Source of the DNA: Candidatus Thorarchaeota archaeon
GTDB taxonomy: Archaea > Asgardarchaeota > Thorarchaeia > Thorarchaeales > Thorarchaeaceae
Direction: 5' to 3'
DNA length: 64,000 bases
Assembly: GCA_046758445.1 (NCBI GenBank)
Contig: JBHIAE010000004.1
Span: 32,001-96,000, forward strand
The notes beneath the pieces are model-generated. The model did not search any database. It saw only the letters and a program-made list of their open reading frames with translations, and was not told where the DNA came from. Position 1 is the stretch's first letter; each line of letters begins with the position of its first letter. A program made the position numbers and the translations under genes. This document shows, piece after piece, positions 1-10,248 of the stretch.

Positions 1-1142
1 TCCAAGTCCGTGCACGTCTGCCGCGCCTCAGCACTCACAACCTCCACACGATCCAGCTTATAGAGTAGAGCAACGTCAACGGCCCGGTAGTACGGCCCTT
101 CAATGAGTACTACTCCGTATACTCCGTCGATTGGCGGAGTGTTCGCTAGTCTCTCGAGGATCTCGATGTTCTCCACCTCTTGTACTGCGATTAGATCAGG
201 CATTCTAAGAAGGTCGTGGATAGCTAGAGCATGCTTTGTGAGCTGCAGCTCGACCTCCCAAAGGGGTGGAGGCGGATCATGCTTGTCCGGGTCATCGAAC
301 TCGTCGAAGAGGTTGTACATGTTATAGGTGGCAACAGTGAGGCCAAACCTCAATCCGAGCGGCCACACCCAATCAGATTCGGCCCACCATTCGGGTATGA
401 CCTCTGGTGGTGCATCTGGGCTGGGCAGCACCTTGTATTCATCGTAGGTGTAGTCAAGGGGGCCAACGAGATCCTTGATGTAGTTGCCCGTCCTTGCAAC
501 GACTTCGTATCCTCCCGCATCGTCTGTGAAGATTATGTTACCTGTGCCCACAGGGTCATCCTGAAAGACTCGTTTCATGTGTGAGTCTGCGACAACGCCG
601 GCAGCCTCGCCATATTGGTTAGTGCCAGCAATCGCCCTCATGCATGCAACTGTAACGAGCATTCCCTCCAGTGCTTCATAGTAGACGTCAGATGCATAGT
701 CGTCGCGTGGCGGGTCGAGCTCAACCGGGTCAGGAAGTGGATTGTCCCAAGACAGTACCGTAACTGAGGGTCCAGACAGTTCAGTCAGGCCATAGTATTC
801 CACGACCTTACCTGATAGCCAGACCTCATCGCCTACACTCACGTCACTCCAGAAATTCCACACAAAGATACCATCTGAGGTGTCAGGATTGTCATCACCC
901 GCTACATCTTGCACAAAGAAGCCACTCTTCTCGTAGTAGCCTTGGTATACTGCCGTCACAACACCCCAAGTGTCAACATACTGGTTCTTGAACGGACTGA
1001 CAAAACCATCGCCTTGGATTTCAGGAATGGAATGGTCTGGATTGTCATAGGCTTGAACCATTCCTGGGACAAAGCCTAACGTCATCACAAAAATACTCAG
1101 AAAGCAGACTGTGAGTAGTCTGTGTTTCTTTGTCAGTGTCAT
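1..1142 (-). CDS. Secreted endonuclease/exonuclease/phosphatase (EEP) family nuclease with N-terminal OB-fold (ExeM/YhcR-like); 3' end runs off the window
   Basis: Not in the ORF track; translated by hand from ATG at 1142 and open to the window edge. Signal peptide MTLTKKHRLLTVCFLSIFVMTLGFVPGMVQA; OB-fold motifs IPEIQG, GVVTA, GFFVQD, TSDGIFV, VGDEV..G.VVEYYGLTEL; EEP motifs VATYNMYNLFD and PDLIAVQEVEN. Confidence 0.88.
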   Translation of the reverse strand, partial: MTLTKKHRLLTVCFLSIFVMTLGFVPGMVQAYDNPDHSIPEIQGDGFVSPFKNQYVDTWGVVTAVYQGYYEKSGFFVQDVAGDDNPDTSDGIFVWNFWSDVSVGDEVWLSGKVVEYYGLTELSGPSVTVLSWDNPLPDPVELDPPRDDYASDVYYEALEGMLVTVACMRAIAGTNQYGEAAGVVADSHMKRVFQDDPVGTGNIIFTDDAGGYEVVARTGNYIKDLVGPLDYTYDEYKVLPSPDAPPEVIPEWWAESDWVWPLGLRFGLTVATYNMYNLFDEFDDPDKHDPPPPLWEVELQLTKHALAIHDLLRMPDLIAVQEVENIEILERLANTPPIDGVYGVVLIEGPYYRAVDVALLYKLDRVEVVSAEARQTCTDL

Positions 1143-1331
1143 CTTCTTCTCTCTCTCTCCCTTTACGAAATGTCATGACATCCCTCTAGGTTGAATCGTC
1201 AGACATCGGATTGCTGTAGATGTTCACGTGGTATATGTCTGTTATGCCTCAATCTCTCTAAACTTCGGAGACTGGGACTGAATACGGTGAAACCTGGTAG
1301 ATTTTTGGACGCTGCTAGTAATGCTTGAACC

Positions 1332-2999
1332 TTACACCTGGCTAAGAGCCTCAGGGACAGCAATCATGTTACCACGATTTAGAAGCCACTTGGAATCCAA
1401 AGAGAGCTTCACTGCCTGCATTTCTTGAATTCCTCTCTTACCATACATGACCTCGAGGAATGCACGCTTGAGCTTGCCTATCCCGTGCTCGGCTGCGACT
1501 GTCCCGCCAATCTCTACAGCCCTCTTTGCAAAGAGCATGTAGTTGTCCATGCCTTGATGGACCTCCTCGTTGTTCCGAGGAAGCATGTTCACGTGAAGGT
1601 GATTGTCACCAATATGGCCGAAGATGACATATTCCATCCCTTGAGCTTCAAGGGTTTCTCGGTAGAATCTGAGATAGTCACGTAGAGCCTCATCCGGAAC
1701 AGCCATGTCTGTACCAATCTTATGGACCTCGTGGTACTCCGCCTTCCTCTGAGCAATCAGAGCATTCACAGTTTCAGGAACGAAGTGGCGAACTGTCTTC
1801 ATCTTCTTGAGTTCCGACCTGTCCATGCCTGCCCAGCTTGACTCGGAGGAGGTGTTGTTCTTGTTGAGAGCCTCCTCAAGACCCATGACCATCGACTCCA
1901 TGGTTTCATCCGTGTACGAGAACTCGAAGAAGACTATGGCCTTGGTTTCTGGCGACATTGCTGGAACCTTGATTCCTGAAGCGGCTGCCTTCTCCTTTAT
2001 CATCTCTATTGCATTCGGACCGAAATACTCTATGAAATTCATAGGAACAGGCGAGTCGGGAGCTCTGACGTCATATACGAAATTAACAGCATCCTCTTCG
2101 CCGGGAAAGAATGCCATTACGGTCATAATGTTATCTGGCATCTTGATGAGACCAAGTTCAACCTCTGTTATGGCTCCAAGGATTCCCTCACACCCAATGA
2201 AGAGATCAATAAGGTCCATGTCTGGCTTTGCGAAGAGTCCGGCTGCATTCTTAGTATTTGGCATCTTGTAGCTAGGGATTGGAACCTCAATCATACTCCC
2301 GTCGCTAAGTGTTATCTCGAACTTCCCGTCTTGCGCGAACACCTTCCCCCGTTCGATCTCAAGGATGTCTCCGTTCATCAGTACCACTTGAACTCTACAG
2401 ACCCAATCGCGCACAGATCCATGCCTGAAGGTCCTGGCGCCAGAGGCATTACATGCCACAATTCCACCGAGCCAAGCACTCATTTCGGTGGGGTCAATTG
2501 GAAATGTGAAACCGTCCGATTCTGCAAGAAACTTCTCAAGAGCCTTCTTTTGGTCTGGCGTTCCTTTGCCTTCTAAAGCATCAAGACTCTTCGATGTCAC
2601 TGCGCTGACCATGTCTTCTAGCAGCATTCCTGCCTGCGCGCATATAGAGTAGAGTCCATCTTTAGTACTGAAGTCCATATAGAGCAAGTCAGTCATCTTC
2701 TCCAGGTTTAAAGTCATGCCGCCGAGTGGGACCGCCGCTCCGGTGAGACCAGTTCTCCCACCTTGAATTGTGACTGGTGTTCCGGCTTCATTAGCTTCCT
2801 TCAGGATTGCCGCTACCTGTTCCGTTGAGTCAGGGAATGCTATCTTGTCTGTCTGGCCTTCGAAGGAGTGACTCTCATCGTCGAGGTAGAGAGCATAAGT
2901 GTCTGTGATCTCGGTTTGGTCTGTTGCCACCTTCATTTCAGAGAGGTCTGCGTCGGCAGGTGCCAACGCTTTGATTTGATTCGTCATGATGGGTTTCAC
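1332..2999 (-). CDS. FAD-binding oxidoreductase, GlcD/D-lactate dehydrogenase-like (FAD_binding_4 + FAD-oxidase_C)
   Basis: Motifs GGRTGLTGAAVP, PIDPTE..A.LGG..ACNASG, FIGCEGILG, FGHIGDNHLHVN, AEHGIGKLK. Confidence 0.9.
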   Translation of the reverse strand: MKPIMTNQIKALAPADADLSEMKVATDQTEITDTYALYLDDESHSFEGQTDKIAFPDSTEQVAAILKEANEAGTPVTIQGGRTGLTGAAVPLGGMTLNLEKMTDLLYMDFSTKDGLYSICAQAGMLLEDMVSAVTSKSLDALEGKGTPDQKKALEKFLAESDGFTFPIDPTEMSAWLGGIVACNASGARTFRHGSVRDWVCRVQVVLMNGDILEIERGKVFAQDGKFEITLSDGSMIEVPIPSYKMPNTKNAAGLFAKPDMDLIDLFIGCEGILGAITEVELGLIKMPDNIMTVMAFFPGEEDAVNFVYDVRAPDSPVPMNFIEYFGPNAIEMIKEKAAASGIKVPAMSPETKAIVFFEFSYTDETMESMVMGLEEALNKNNTSSESSWAGMDRSELKKMKTVRHFVPETVNALIAQRKAEYHEVHKIGTDMAVPDEALRDYLRFYRETLEAQGMEYVIFGHIGDNHLHVNMLPRNNEEVHQGMDNYMLFAKRAVEIGGTVAAEHGIGKLKRAFLEVMYGKRGIQEMQAVKLSLDSKWLLNRGNMIAVPEALSQV

Positions 3000-3153
3000 T
3001 CTCAGCTTGATGGTCTAGGGCCTGTAGTGTCCTCAATATCAAGCATTTGGTATGTTTGGAGCCATGTGATTGTGCAGACGTTTTTTATGACCTGGCTGCA
3101 TTGTCAATTCCTCTCTCATCTGCAGATTACTGCTTGCTAGGTGGTGATGAGGA

Positions 3154-4059
3154 ATGAGGATTGCGGCTCTTTCCGATCTTCACGTTCATCCAGACCAGGG
3201 TGATGAGTTCCTTCTTCAGGAGATTCATCATCGTGTTCAAGAGATTTCTCCAGATGTCCTTGTCATCGCGGGAGACGTGAGCAGCAAGTTGGACATTCTC
3301 TCTGATGCCCTATCTAAGCTCCACATTCCAAATGCAGCTAACCTGTTTGTTTCTGGCAACCACGACATCTGGTTCGAAGAGAAGATTGGACTAGGGTCAC
3401 TGGAGAAGTATTCTAGGTACATAGGGGACGTTTGCAGAGAGAATGGGTTCTTTCATCTTCCAGATGCCCCCCACATCGAGGAGGATGTCGCCTTCATCGG
3501 TTCTTTGGGATGGTATGACTACTCGTTCAGACGCACAGACATGGACATCCCAGAACATGCATACGAGCAGAAGGAGTATGGAGGGAGTGTGTGGTACGAT
3601 GTGCTCTGCGTCGACTGGGAGTTTACGGACAAGGAGGCCACTGATCTTTTCAACCAGAAGCTCGAGTATGACCTTTCTGTACTTCCAGACAGTGTTTCCA
3701 GAGTAGTCTACGTTTCACATCATCTTCCATTCCGTGACCTCACTCTATACAAGAATCGACTTCCTTGGGACTTCTTCTCCGCGTTCATGGGTGCGGCAAG
3801 CACTGGCGATATCTTGTTGAACGACGGGAGAGTTGTCCTAACCATATCAGGTCATAGCCACGTGAGAATGAACAAGACGTTCGATGGCATAACCTCGATT
3901 ACAGTACCACTTGGTTACGGGCGTCCAGCTGACGACGAGATTCCGGAGCTTGCTCAAGCCACAGTCGCCAACATCGAGCTCGTCGACAACACGGTTCAAG
4001 TTCATGATTTTGTCGAGGGAGATATCTGCGAGGGAATGCCATATAGAAATGCCAGATAG
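3154..4059 (+). CDS. Calcineurin-like metallophosphoesterase
   Basis: Motifs SDLH, AGD, GNHD, SHH and GHSH; RBS GGTGATGAGG upstream. Confidence 0.88.
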   Translation: MRIAALSDLHVHPDQGDEFLLQEIHHRVQEISPDVLVIAGDVSSKLDILSDALSKLHIPNAANLFVSGNHDIWFEEKIGLGSLEKYSRYIGDVCRENGFFHLPDAPHIEEDVAFIGSLGWYDYSFRRTDMDIPEHAYEQKEYGGSVWYDVLCVDWEFTDKEATDLFNQKLEYDLSVLPDSVSRVVYVSHHLPFRDLTLYKNRLPWDFFSAFMGAASTGDILLNDGRVVLTISGHSHVRMNKTFDGITSITVPLGYGRPADDEIPELAQATVANIELVDNTVQVHDFVEGDICEGMPYRNAR

Positions 4060-4143
4060 GCTCTCTGATACGACACATTAATGAGCAGGACCCAGACACA
4101 CCCTACTCAGTTGCCCTCCTGAAGTCATTCAGTAGGTAGAAGC

Positions 4144-5553
4144 ATGAATGGTGTGAGCACAACAATGAAGATGCCGGGATGGGAAGTCATCGGCGCACTC
4201 CTTGTCGCGGTGATGACCATCTGTGCACTCGTTTTGACTGCGGTCTTCAGCGAACTCAAAATCCCTGTCCTCATTGTGTTCGTAGGAACATACGTTCTAA
4301 TCAGTACTGAGAAGGTGAACAGGACCGCCATGTCACTCTTGGGCTTGGCCATTGTTGGCGTGGTTCTATGGGTTGGCCTTGAGATGGGGCTCGGGGGAGG
4401 CGAGGATTTTGAACACCTGATTGTGGGTATCGATTGGACAACCATCATCTTTGTCATCGCCATGAGCGTCATCGTGTCGGTTTCTGCGGCCTCTGGCCTG
4501 TTCCAGTACATTGCACTCAGGATTGCTGCACCCAGTGCGGGGGACCACAAGGCTCTGTTCACAACCTTCTTGGTTATTGTGGCCAGCATTAGTCTCTTCT
4601 TTGATACAGTTTCAACGATGCTAATAGCGGCTCCGTTCACAATCGAAATATGCAAGGCCCTCGAGATTGACTTCAAGCCCTTTCTGGTGTCTGAGGCAAT
4701 AGTGTGCAACTTCTCCTCGATACCCTCAATCGTTGGCGCAGTGCCAAATCTCGTCATCGCAGGTGTGACTGACCTCGATGTCGGATTCCTGTTTGTTGCA
4801 TTCATGCCGTTATCCATCATTCTGTTCTTGGTCAGCCTTCCGATACTGCACCGTTGGTACGGAAGCAAATTCGGCACATCAGACGAGCATCGGGTAGATG
4901 CGATTTTCTCAATCGACCCTGAAACAATGATAAAGGACCGCTGGGACTTCAAAGTATCAATAGTTGCCATTGTGTTTCTTGTAATTGGCTTTGCACTTGG
5001 CCCGACCTTTGGACTCGTGCCCCCGATGACTGCGTTGATCGTTGCTTCCATCATGCTCCTGATAGCGCATGAGAGAGCAAATGAGTTCTTGAACCGGATA
5101 GGATGGCCAACTGTCTTCTTCCTAGTGGGCCTCTTTGGTCTAGTTGTAGCCTTGGAAGTCACTGGCCTGATTAATGATCTAGCGCTTCTCGTGGGCGAGA
5201 TCATAGGCGACAATTCGGCCTTTGCAACAGTCTTCCTTGTCTGGATACCTGCTATCCTCTCGGCCTTCTTGGACAACCTGCCAGTATCAGCCGTGCTAGC
5301 ACCGATTGCTCAGCAGTACGCCGCTGTCAGCCCTGTACTTCCACTGGCGTTGGTGTTCGCAGTGAACATTGGCGGCTATATCTTCACACCTTTGGGGTCT
5401 CCAGCCAATATGGTTGTAATAGGACTGTCTGAGATTGAACATGATCCGATACCATTCATAGATTTCATCAAGATTGGCACATTACTGGGCATGATTCATC
5501 TCATCATTGGTAGCGGATATCTCCTGTTAATACTGGCTCTGCTAGGGGGCTGA
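4144..5553 (+). CDS. ArsB/NhaD (SLC13-like) ion-transporter permease
   Basis: About 12 hydrophobic segments; SLFFDTVST, VGAVPNLVI, SAFLDNLP, NIGG..TPLGSPAN motifs. The start may be a few codons downstream. Confidence 0.85.
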   Translation: MNGVSTTMKMPGWEVIGALLVAVMTICALVLTAVFSELKIPVLIVFVGTYVLISTEKVNRTAMSLLGLAIVGVVLWVGLEMGLGGGEDFEHLIVGIDWTTIIFVIAMSVIVSVSAASGLFQYIALRIAAPSAGDHKALFTTFLVIVASISLFFDTVSTMLIAAPFTIEICKALEIDFKPFLVSEAIVCNFSSIPSIVGAVPNLVIAGVTDLDVGFLFVAFMPLSIILFLVSLPILHRWYGSKFGTSDEHRVDAIFSIDPETMIKDRWDFKVSIVAIVFLVIGFALGPTFGLVPPMTALIVASIMLLIAHERANEFLNRIGWPTVFFLVGLFGLVVALEVTGLINDLALLVGEIIGDNSAFATVFLVWIPAILSAFLDNLPVSAVLAPIAQQYAAVSPVLPLALVFAVNIGGYIFTPLGSPANMVVIGLSEIEHDPIPFIDFIKIGTLLGMIHLIIGSGYLLLILALLGG

Positions 5554-5665
5554 GTTTTACAAGAACGCTTGGAACACGTCTGATGAGTTGAAGTCAGGGG
5601 CATCTTAATTGGCCCATTATAGAGCGTCCCAAGCAGACGAGTTATCAAGACGGAGAAATGCACTA

Positions 5666-6948
5666 GTGGACGTGGTAGCTGCAGTAGTACTGATCGTCTT
5701 CGGTGGCACATACATTGCCATCTCGTCCAGAAAGTGAACAGAACCGCTACTGAATTGTTGGGAATGGGAGTAGTCGGGATAATCCTCTGGACACCCGGGA
5801 CAATAGAGCCTTTCTCTCAAATCGTGCACGAGATTGAATGGGCGACCATTCTATTTGTGACGGCCATGTTCATTGTCGTCACTATCGCTGCGTCCTCGGG
5901 AATGTTTCAGTATCTCGCAATTGAACTCACTAGGCCCACGCATGGCGAAACGAAGCGCCTATTCGTCGCTCTGCTCGGTTTTGTGTTTATCATCTCCTTG
6001 TTCTTTGACACCACCTCTACGATGCTGATAATGGCACCACTTACGATTGAGCTCTGCAAGGCTCTTGAGATTGATTTCAGACCGTTCCTAATCTCAGAGG
6101 CGATTACCAGTAATTTCGCATCGATTCCTTCAGTTGTCGGTGCAGTGTCCAACCTCATTGTGGCAGACGAGGCATCTGTGGATCCTGCCTTCCTCTTCGA
6201 GATTCTAATGCCGCTCTCTGTCATTCTCTTCGTAGTTTCTGTACCACTTCTGCTCAAGTTCTTCGAGAATCAGCTTGAACCCTCTGAGGAGTATCTTGTT
6301 TCACAGACGATGCGCATTAGTTCGAAGTATATGATTCGCTCTCGGTCTGACTTCTATCTATCCATTGTCGCGATGTTCACGCTTGTGATAGGTTTCACTC
6401 TCGGGCCCGCATACGGACTCGAGCCTGCTGTGATTGCAATCACTGTGGCGGCTGCATTTCTGATAGTTTCACGCGAATGGGTAGACGAGATCTTGAAGCG
6501 GGTGAACTGGGGCACGATATTCTTTCTGGTCGGCCTCTTCGGGCTGATTGCAGCTCTCGAGCTCACTGGGGTGATCGAAATGCTGGGAGCAGGCATACAG
6601 GCGTTCATCCAAGGGAACGATGTCTTGGGGATAGTTTTCATGACGTGGGTGCCTGCATTGCTCTCAGCAGTCATCGACAATATCCCCATCTCCGCAGTCC
6701 TGTCACCTATTGCGGTACAGTTCGCTACTCTGAGCCCCCTTCTGCCAGTGGCCTTGATCTTCGCAGTTAACGTTGGTGGCTTCATACTGCCAATTGGATC
6801 ACCGGCGAACATTCTTGCATTGGCTCTCTCTGAGAAAGAGCGCAGGCCAATCAGAATGCGGGAATTTGCGAAGATAGGAGCTCCACTTGGGCTCCTGATG
6901 CTTGGTATTGGAACTGGGTGGTTACTCTTGGCAGGAATGTTAGTCTAG
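5666..6948 (+). pseudogene. Second ArsB/NhaD permease paralog with an apparent 1-nt deletion near 5730
   Basis: GTG at 5666 (GGAG upstream) gives VDVVAAVVLIVFGGTYIAISSRK-stop, which aligns to the paralog's VLIVFVGTYVLISTEK. Homology (VNRTATELLG...) continues in the -1 frame (track ORF 5734-6948). Confidence 0.7.
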
Positions 6949-6957
6949 AAAGAGGGT

Positions 6958-7015
6958 GGTGCCCGCCCCCGTCTTGTGCCGCCGGGAGGACAGAACTCAA
7001 CGGAGACAGGACACC
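6958..7015 (-). other. GC-rich long hairpin, candidate structured RNA element
   Basis: Minus strand GGUGUCC-U-GUCUCCGUU...GACGGGGGC-GGGCACC pairs over about 16 bp using several G-U pairs; the same positions are C-A mismatches on the plus strand. Confidence 0.45.
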
Positions 7016-7083
7016 GAACAGCTAGTTGTAACTGAATGCTAATTAGGTGTTTGGTAGGGACAGCCACACAAAGAAACAGGGGT

Positions 7084-7587
7084 ATGAGATTGCCAAAGCG
7101 TGCTCGTTGTCCACACTGCGACAGGTTGTTCAATCGTTCTGCATTGGATAATCATGTCATAAAGTGTAGAGCACGACGTAGGGTTGATGGTTCACATCGA
7201 GAGATTTCGAGAAGCTCCACTGTGATAGTTGATGGGAACAACGTAGCCTATCATTTGGCACCTAATGGAAATCCCAGGGTGGCAAACTTGATTCTCGCAA
7301 GCCGGAGTCTGACTAGAGCGGGATATAGACCCATCATAGTAGTTTCAGCTGCCTTGATTCATTCGGTTGACGACCCAGAAGCTCTACAGCAGATGATAGA
7401 CAACAGAAAGGTCGTTCAGGCCGCTAGGGGCACCAATGACGACTTGACCATAATTCGCATGGCCCAGCGCAACAATGCTGATGTGGTCAGCAATGACAGA
7501 TTCCTCGACTGGCGTGACAGACATCCATGGCTGGCATCTAGGCTCAAAAGGTACAGAATGACACCATCAGGTATCATCTTGGTCTGA
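7084..7587 (+). CDS. Zinc finger (C2HC) plus PIN/NYN ribonuclease domain (Zc3h12a/Regnase-like)
   Basis: CPHC-x11-H-x3-C finger followed by IVDGNNVA, NDD and VSNDRFLDW acidic PIN motifs. Confidence 0.8.
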   Translation: MRLPKRARCPHCDRLFNRSALDNHVIKCRARRRVDGSHREISRSSTVIVDGNNVAYHLAPNGNPRVANLILASRSLTRAGYRPIIVVSAALIHSVDDPEALQQMIDNRKVVQAARGTNDDLTIIRMAQRNNADVVSNDRFLDWRDRHPWLASRLKRYRMTPSGIILV

Positions 7588-7666
7588 GTTCCTGTGTTTC
7601 AGCAAAAGCGTTAAAATGATACAGGCAAAGCCCTCGTGAAACACTCCTGCTGAGAGGTGAAAGAGT

Positions 7667-9454
7667 ATGCGTATTGACGAGCTTCGGAAGACATACTTGC
7701 GGTTCTTCAAGGAAAAGGATCACGCAATATTAGGCTCGTCATCGCTTCTTCCGGAAACTGATCCGACTGTTTTGTTCACCATGGCAGGAATGCATCCGCT
7801 TGTACCTTTTCTACTCGGCCAACCGCATCCTCAAGGAACTCGACTCGCAAACTGTCAGAAATGCATTCGGACCACTGATATCGATGAGGTTGGTGACACT
7901 ACCCACCTCACGTTCTTGGAGATGCTTGGAAACTGGAGTCTTGGAGACTATTGGAAGGAAGAGGCAATAACCTGGAGCTATGAGTTCCTGACCTCCAAGG
8001 AGTGGCTTGGATTCGATCCAGAGAAACTGTCTGTCACAGTATTTGAAGGGGATAGAGACGCTCCACGAGATGATGAAGCGGCTAAAGTATGGAAGAGTGT
8101 TGGTGTACCAGCGGAGCGCATCTACTATCTGCCAAAGAAGGATAATTGGTGGGGACCCCCGGGAGAAGTGGGCCCTTGTGGACCCAGCACAGAGATGTTC
8201 ATTGAAGTAGATGAGATACCAAAGTGCGGTCCAGATTGCCAACCCGGCTGCAACTGTGGGCACTTTGTGGAGATTTGGAATGACGTCTTCATGGAGTACA
8301 ACAGGACGAAGGACGGCACATACGAGAAACTAGACCGAAAGAACGTTGACACAGGAATGGGCATGGAACGGACTGCAGCCATGCTCCAAGGAGTAGGCAG
8401 TGTCTACGAAACAGAAGGATTCCAGCCCCTCGTTGAGTGTGTAAAGCGGCTATCAGGGAAAGACGAGTTTGACGAGGAAGAGGTAAGACTTGTCCGGATA
8501 ATCACGGATCACGTGAAGGCTTCCGTGATGATAATGGCTGATGACGCACAGATTGCTCCCTCAAATGTCGAACATGGGTACATAGTACGAAGACTCCTGA
8601 GAAAGGCCATCCTGAGCGCAGACAAGATGGGTATTGGGAAGGGTTTCATGAATGACTTGGCAGACATCGTGATTGACATCTACAGGGACGTCTACGATGA
8701 GGTGACAAGGAATCGCGACTTCATTCATGAGAACCTTGAAGCAGAGGAAACCAAGTTCAGGAAGACTCTCAAGAAGGCTCTAGGCAAGTTCGACAGGATT
8801 CTGAAGGAAACGGGTTCCATAACAGGCACTGATGCCTTTTTGCTCTTCACGAGCTTTGGCCTCCCTCTAGAGATGACAAGGGATCTCGCCGAAGAGAATG
8901 GCATTGAGATAGATATGGAAGAGTTTCGGCGTCAATTCGAACATCATCGAGAGATCTCAAGAACTGCCACAGAAGGGAAGTTCAAGGGCGGCCTTGCTGA
9001 CCACAGCGAAGAGATTACAATGCTTCATACTGCGACTCATCTTCTACAGGCGGCACTCAGAATAGTCCTTGGGGATTCGGTTCGTCAGAATGGAAGCAAC
9101 ATTACTAGGGAGCGACTGCGCTTCGACTTCACCTTCCCGAGGAAACTCACTCCTGAAGAAGTTCAACAAGTGGAAGACTTGGTGAATGAAGTCATCGAGC
9201 AGGATCTGGAGGTTGAACACAGGTTCATGCCCTACGATGAAGCGATTGAACAGGGAGCTCTGGCATTCTTCAGAGAAACATACGGGGATGAGGTTTCTGT
9301 GTACAAAGTAGGCGACTTCAGCATGGAACTGTGCGGAGGCCCTCATGTAGTACGGACTGGGGTACTGGGCCGCTTCAAGATCACAAAGCAGAAGAGCATC
9401 GGGTCAGGACTGATGCGAATCCGTGCTGTGATTAGTCCCGAAGGGTCACCATAG
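7667..9454 (+). CDS. alaS: Alanine--tRNA ligase, short form (aminoacylation and editing domains, no C-Ala domain)
   Basis: DPTVLFTMAGM, QKCIRT.DIDEVG, EMLGNWSLGDY, GPCGPSTE, EIWNDVFM, DTGMGMER; editing motifs HTATH and ELCGGPHV. Confidence 0.96.
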   Translation: MRIDELRKTYLRFFKEKDHAILGSSSLLPETDPTVLFTMAGMHPLVPFLLGQPHPQGTRLANCQKCIRTTDIDEVGDTTHLTFLEMLGNWSLGDYWKEEAITWSYEFLTSKEWLGFDPEKLSVTVFEGDRDAPRDDEAAKVWKSVGVPAERIYYLPKKDNWWGPPGEVGPCGPSTEMFIEVDEIPKCGPDCQPGCNCGHFVEIWNDVFMEYNRTKDGTYEKLDRKNVDTGMGMERTAAMLQGVGSVYETEGFQPLVECVKRLSGKDEFDEEEVRLVRIITDHVKASVMIMADDAQIAPSNVEHGYIVRRLLRKAILSADKMGIGKGFMNDLADIVIDIYRDVYDEVTRNRDFIHENLEAEETKFRKTLKKALGKFDRILKETGSITGTDAFLLFTSFGLPLEMTRDLAEENGIEIDMEEFRRQFEHHREISRTATEGKFKGGLADHSEEITMLHTATHLLQAALRIVLGDSVRQNGSNITRERLRFDFTFPRKLTPEEVQQVEDLVNEVIEQDLEVEHRFMPYDEAIEQGALAFFRETYGDEVSVYKVGDFSMELCGGPHVVRTGVLGRFKITKQKSIGSGLMRIRAVISPEGSP

Positions 9455-9568
9455 TCATAGAATGCGAAGGTCTATTTGCCCTGCCACTGTAAGAGCGGCC
9501 AAGTGGGAGTCTTAGCTCCTTTTCAATTCAGGAATATGAGATAAACGGTTCAACATGAGTGAAAGAAA

Positions 9569-10231
9569 ATGGGAACGTTCTCTAGGATTTTCGGACTGGG
9601 AGACAAGGACCTGCAGAAGCAGGCAGATGAGCTTCTCCTAAGACTCAGCAAGGCGCTTCAATCCGCGAGTGCAAAGCTGAACGTCTGTGCAGACGACTGG
9701 GATGAGGGAAAGACGAAGAACCTTGATGACCTTGAGTCGGAGATCATCAGCCTTGAGAGAGAGGCTGACGTCGTGAAGGACGAGCTCTTTGAGAAGATAT
9801 TCTCTAAACGGGCATACCTTCCGCAGCAGACTCAGGAGCGGCATGAACTAGTCATACATATGGACAGCGTCATAGACGCAGCAGAGGAAGCTGTGAGAAT
9901 GATGCTGATAGGCCGCAAGTATGAGCCACCCAAGGAGATACATGAGATAGCCGAGAAAGGCTGGATTTGCACTGACCTTCTACAAGACGCAGTGAAGTAT
10001 CTCTTTACTGACTTCAAGAAATCAGTTGAGTATACTATCAAGCTTGACAGAGTCAGAGAGGAAGCGAGAGATCTCCAGTTTGCGCTCCTAGAGAGGCTCT
10101 TCAACGATGAGAGATTCAGTCCGAAGGAAGTAAGTCTGTTCCGTGCCATCTCGGAGAGAATTCTTCGCGTGGCCATTAGGGCTGAGGAAACAGGCGATTT
10201 CATCCGAACGCTCGCTGTGAAGTACTCATAG
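9569..10231 (+). CDS. DUF47/PhoU-like phosphate transport regulator
   Basis: All-helical; LEREAD.VK and D.VID..E motifs; directly upstream of a PiT gene. Confidence 0.85.
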   Translation: MGTFSRIFGLGDKDLQKQADELLLRLSKALQSASAKLNVCADDWDEGKTKNLDDLESEIISLEREADVVKDELFEKIFSKRAYLPQQTQERHELVIHMDSVIDAAEEAVRMMLIGRKYEPPKEIHEIAEKGWICTDLLQDAVKYLFTDFKKSVEYTIKLDRVREEARDLQFALLERLFNDERFSPKEVSLFRAISERILRVAIRAEETGDFIRTLAVKYS

Positions 10232-10248
10232 ACGGAGGGCCTTTTGGT

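Noticed and set aside
1143-1181. CT microsatellite and the palindrome ATGTCATGACAT upstream of the nuclease gene
   Set aside because: Short and single-copy; the CT run is simply the purine-rich leader on the minus strand, and there is no support for a function.
4125-5276. Long antisense ORFs (also 23823-24635, 21516-22046, 56191-56748 and many shorter ones)
   Set aside because: They are shadow frames of well-supported genes on the opposite strand and have no recognisable motifs.
5725-5740. Programmed -1 frameshift or selenocysteine TGA in the second permease
   Set aside because: No canonical slippery heptamer; homology continues in another frame, so a 1-nt deletion is the simpler explanation.
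4144-6948. Assigning the two ArsB/NhaD permeases as arsenite exporters working with arsM
   Set aside because: The family carries many different substrates and the genes are over 40 kb from arsM.
6958-7015. tRNA gene or SECIS element
   Set aside because: Too short for a tRNA, with no T-loop or anticodon arm; no convincing SECIS core and no in-frame TGA selenoprotein candidate nearby.
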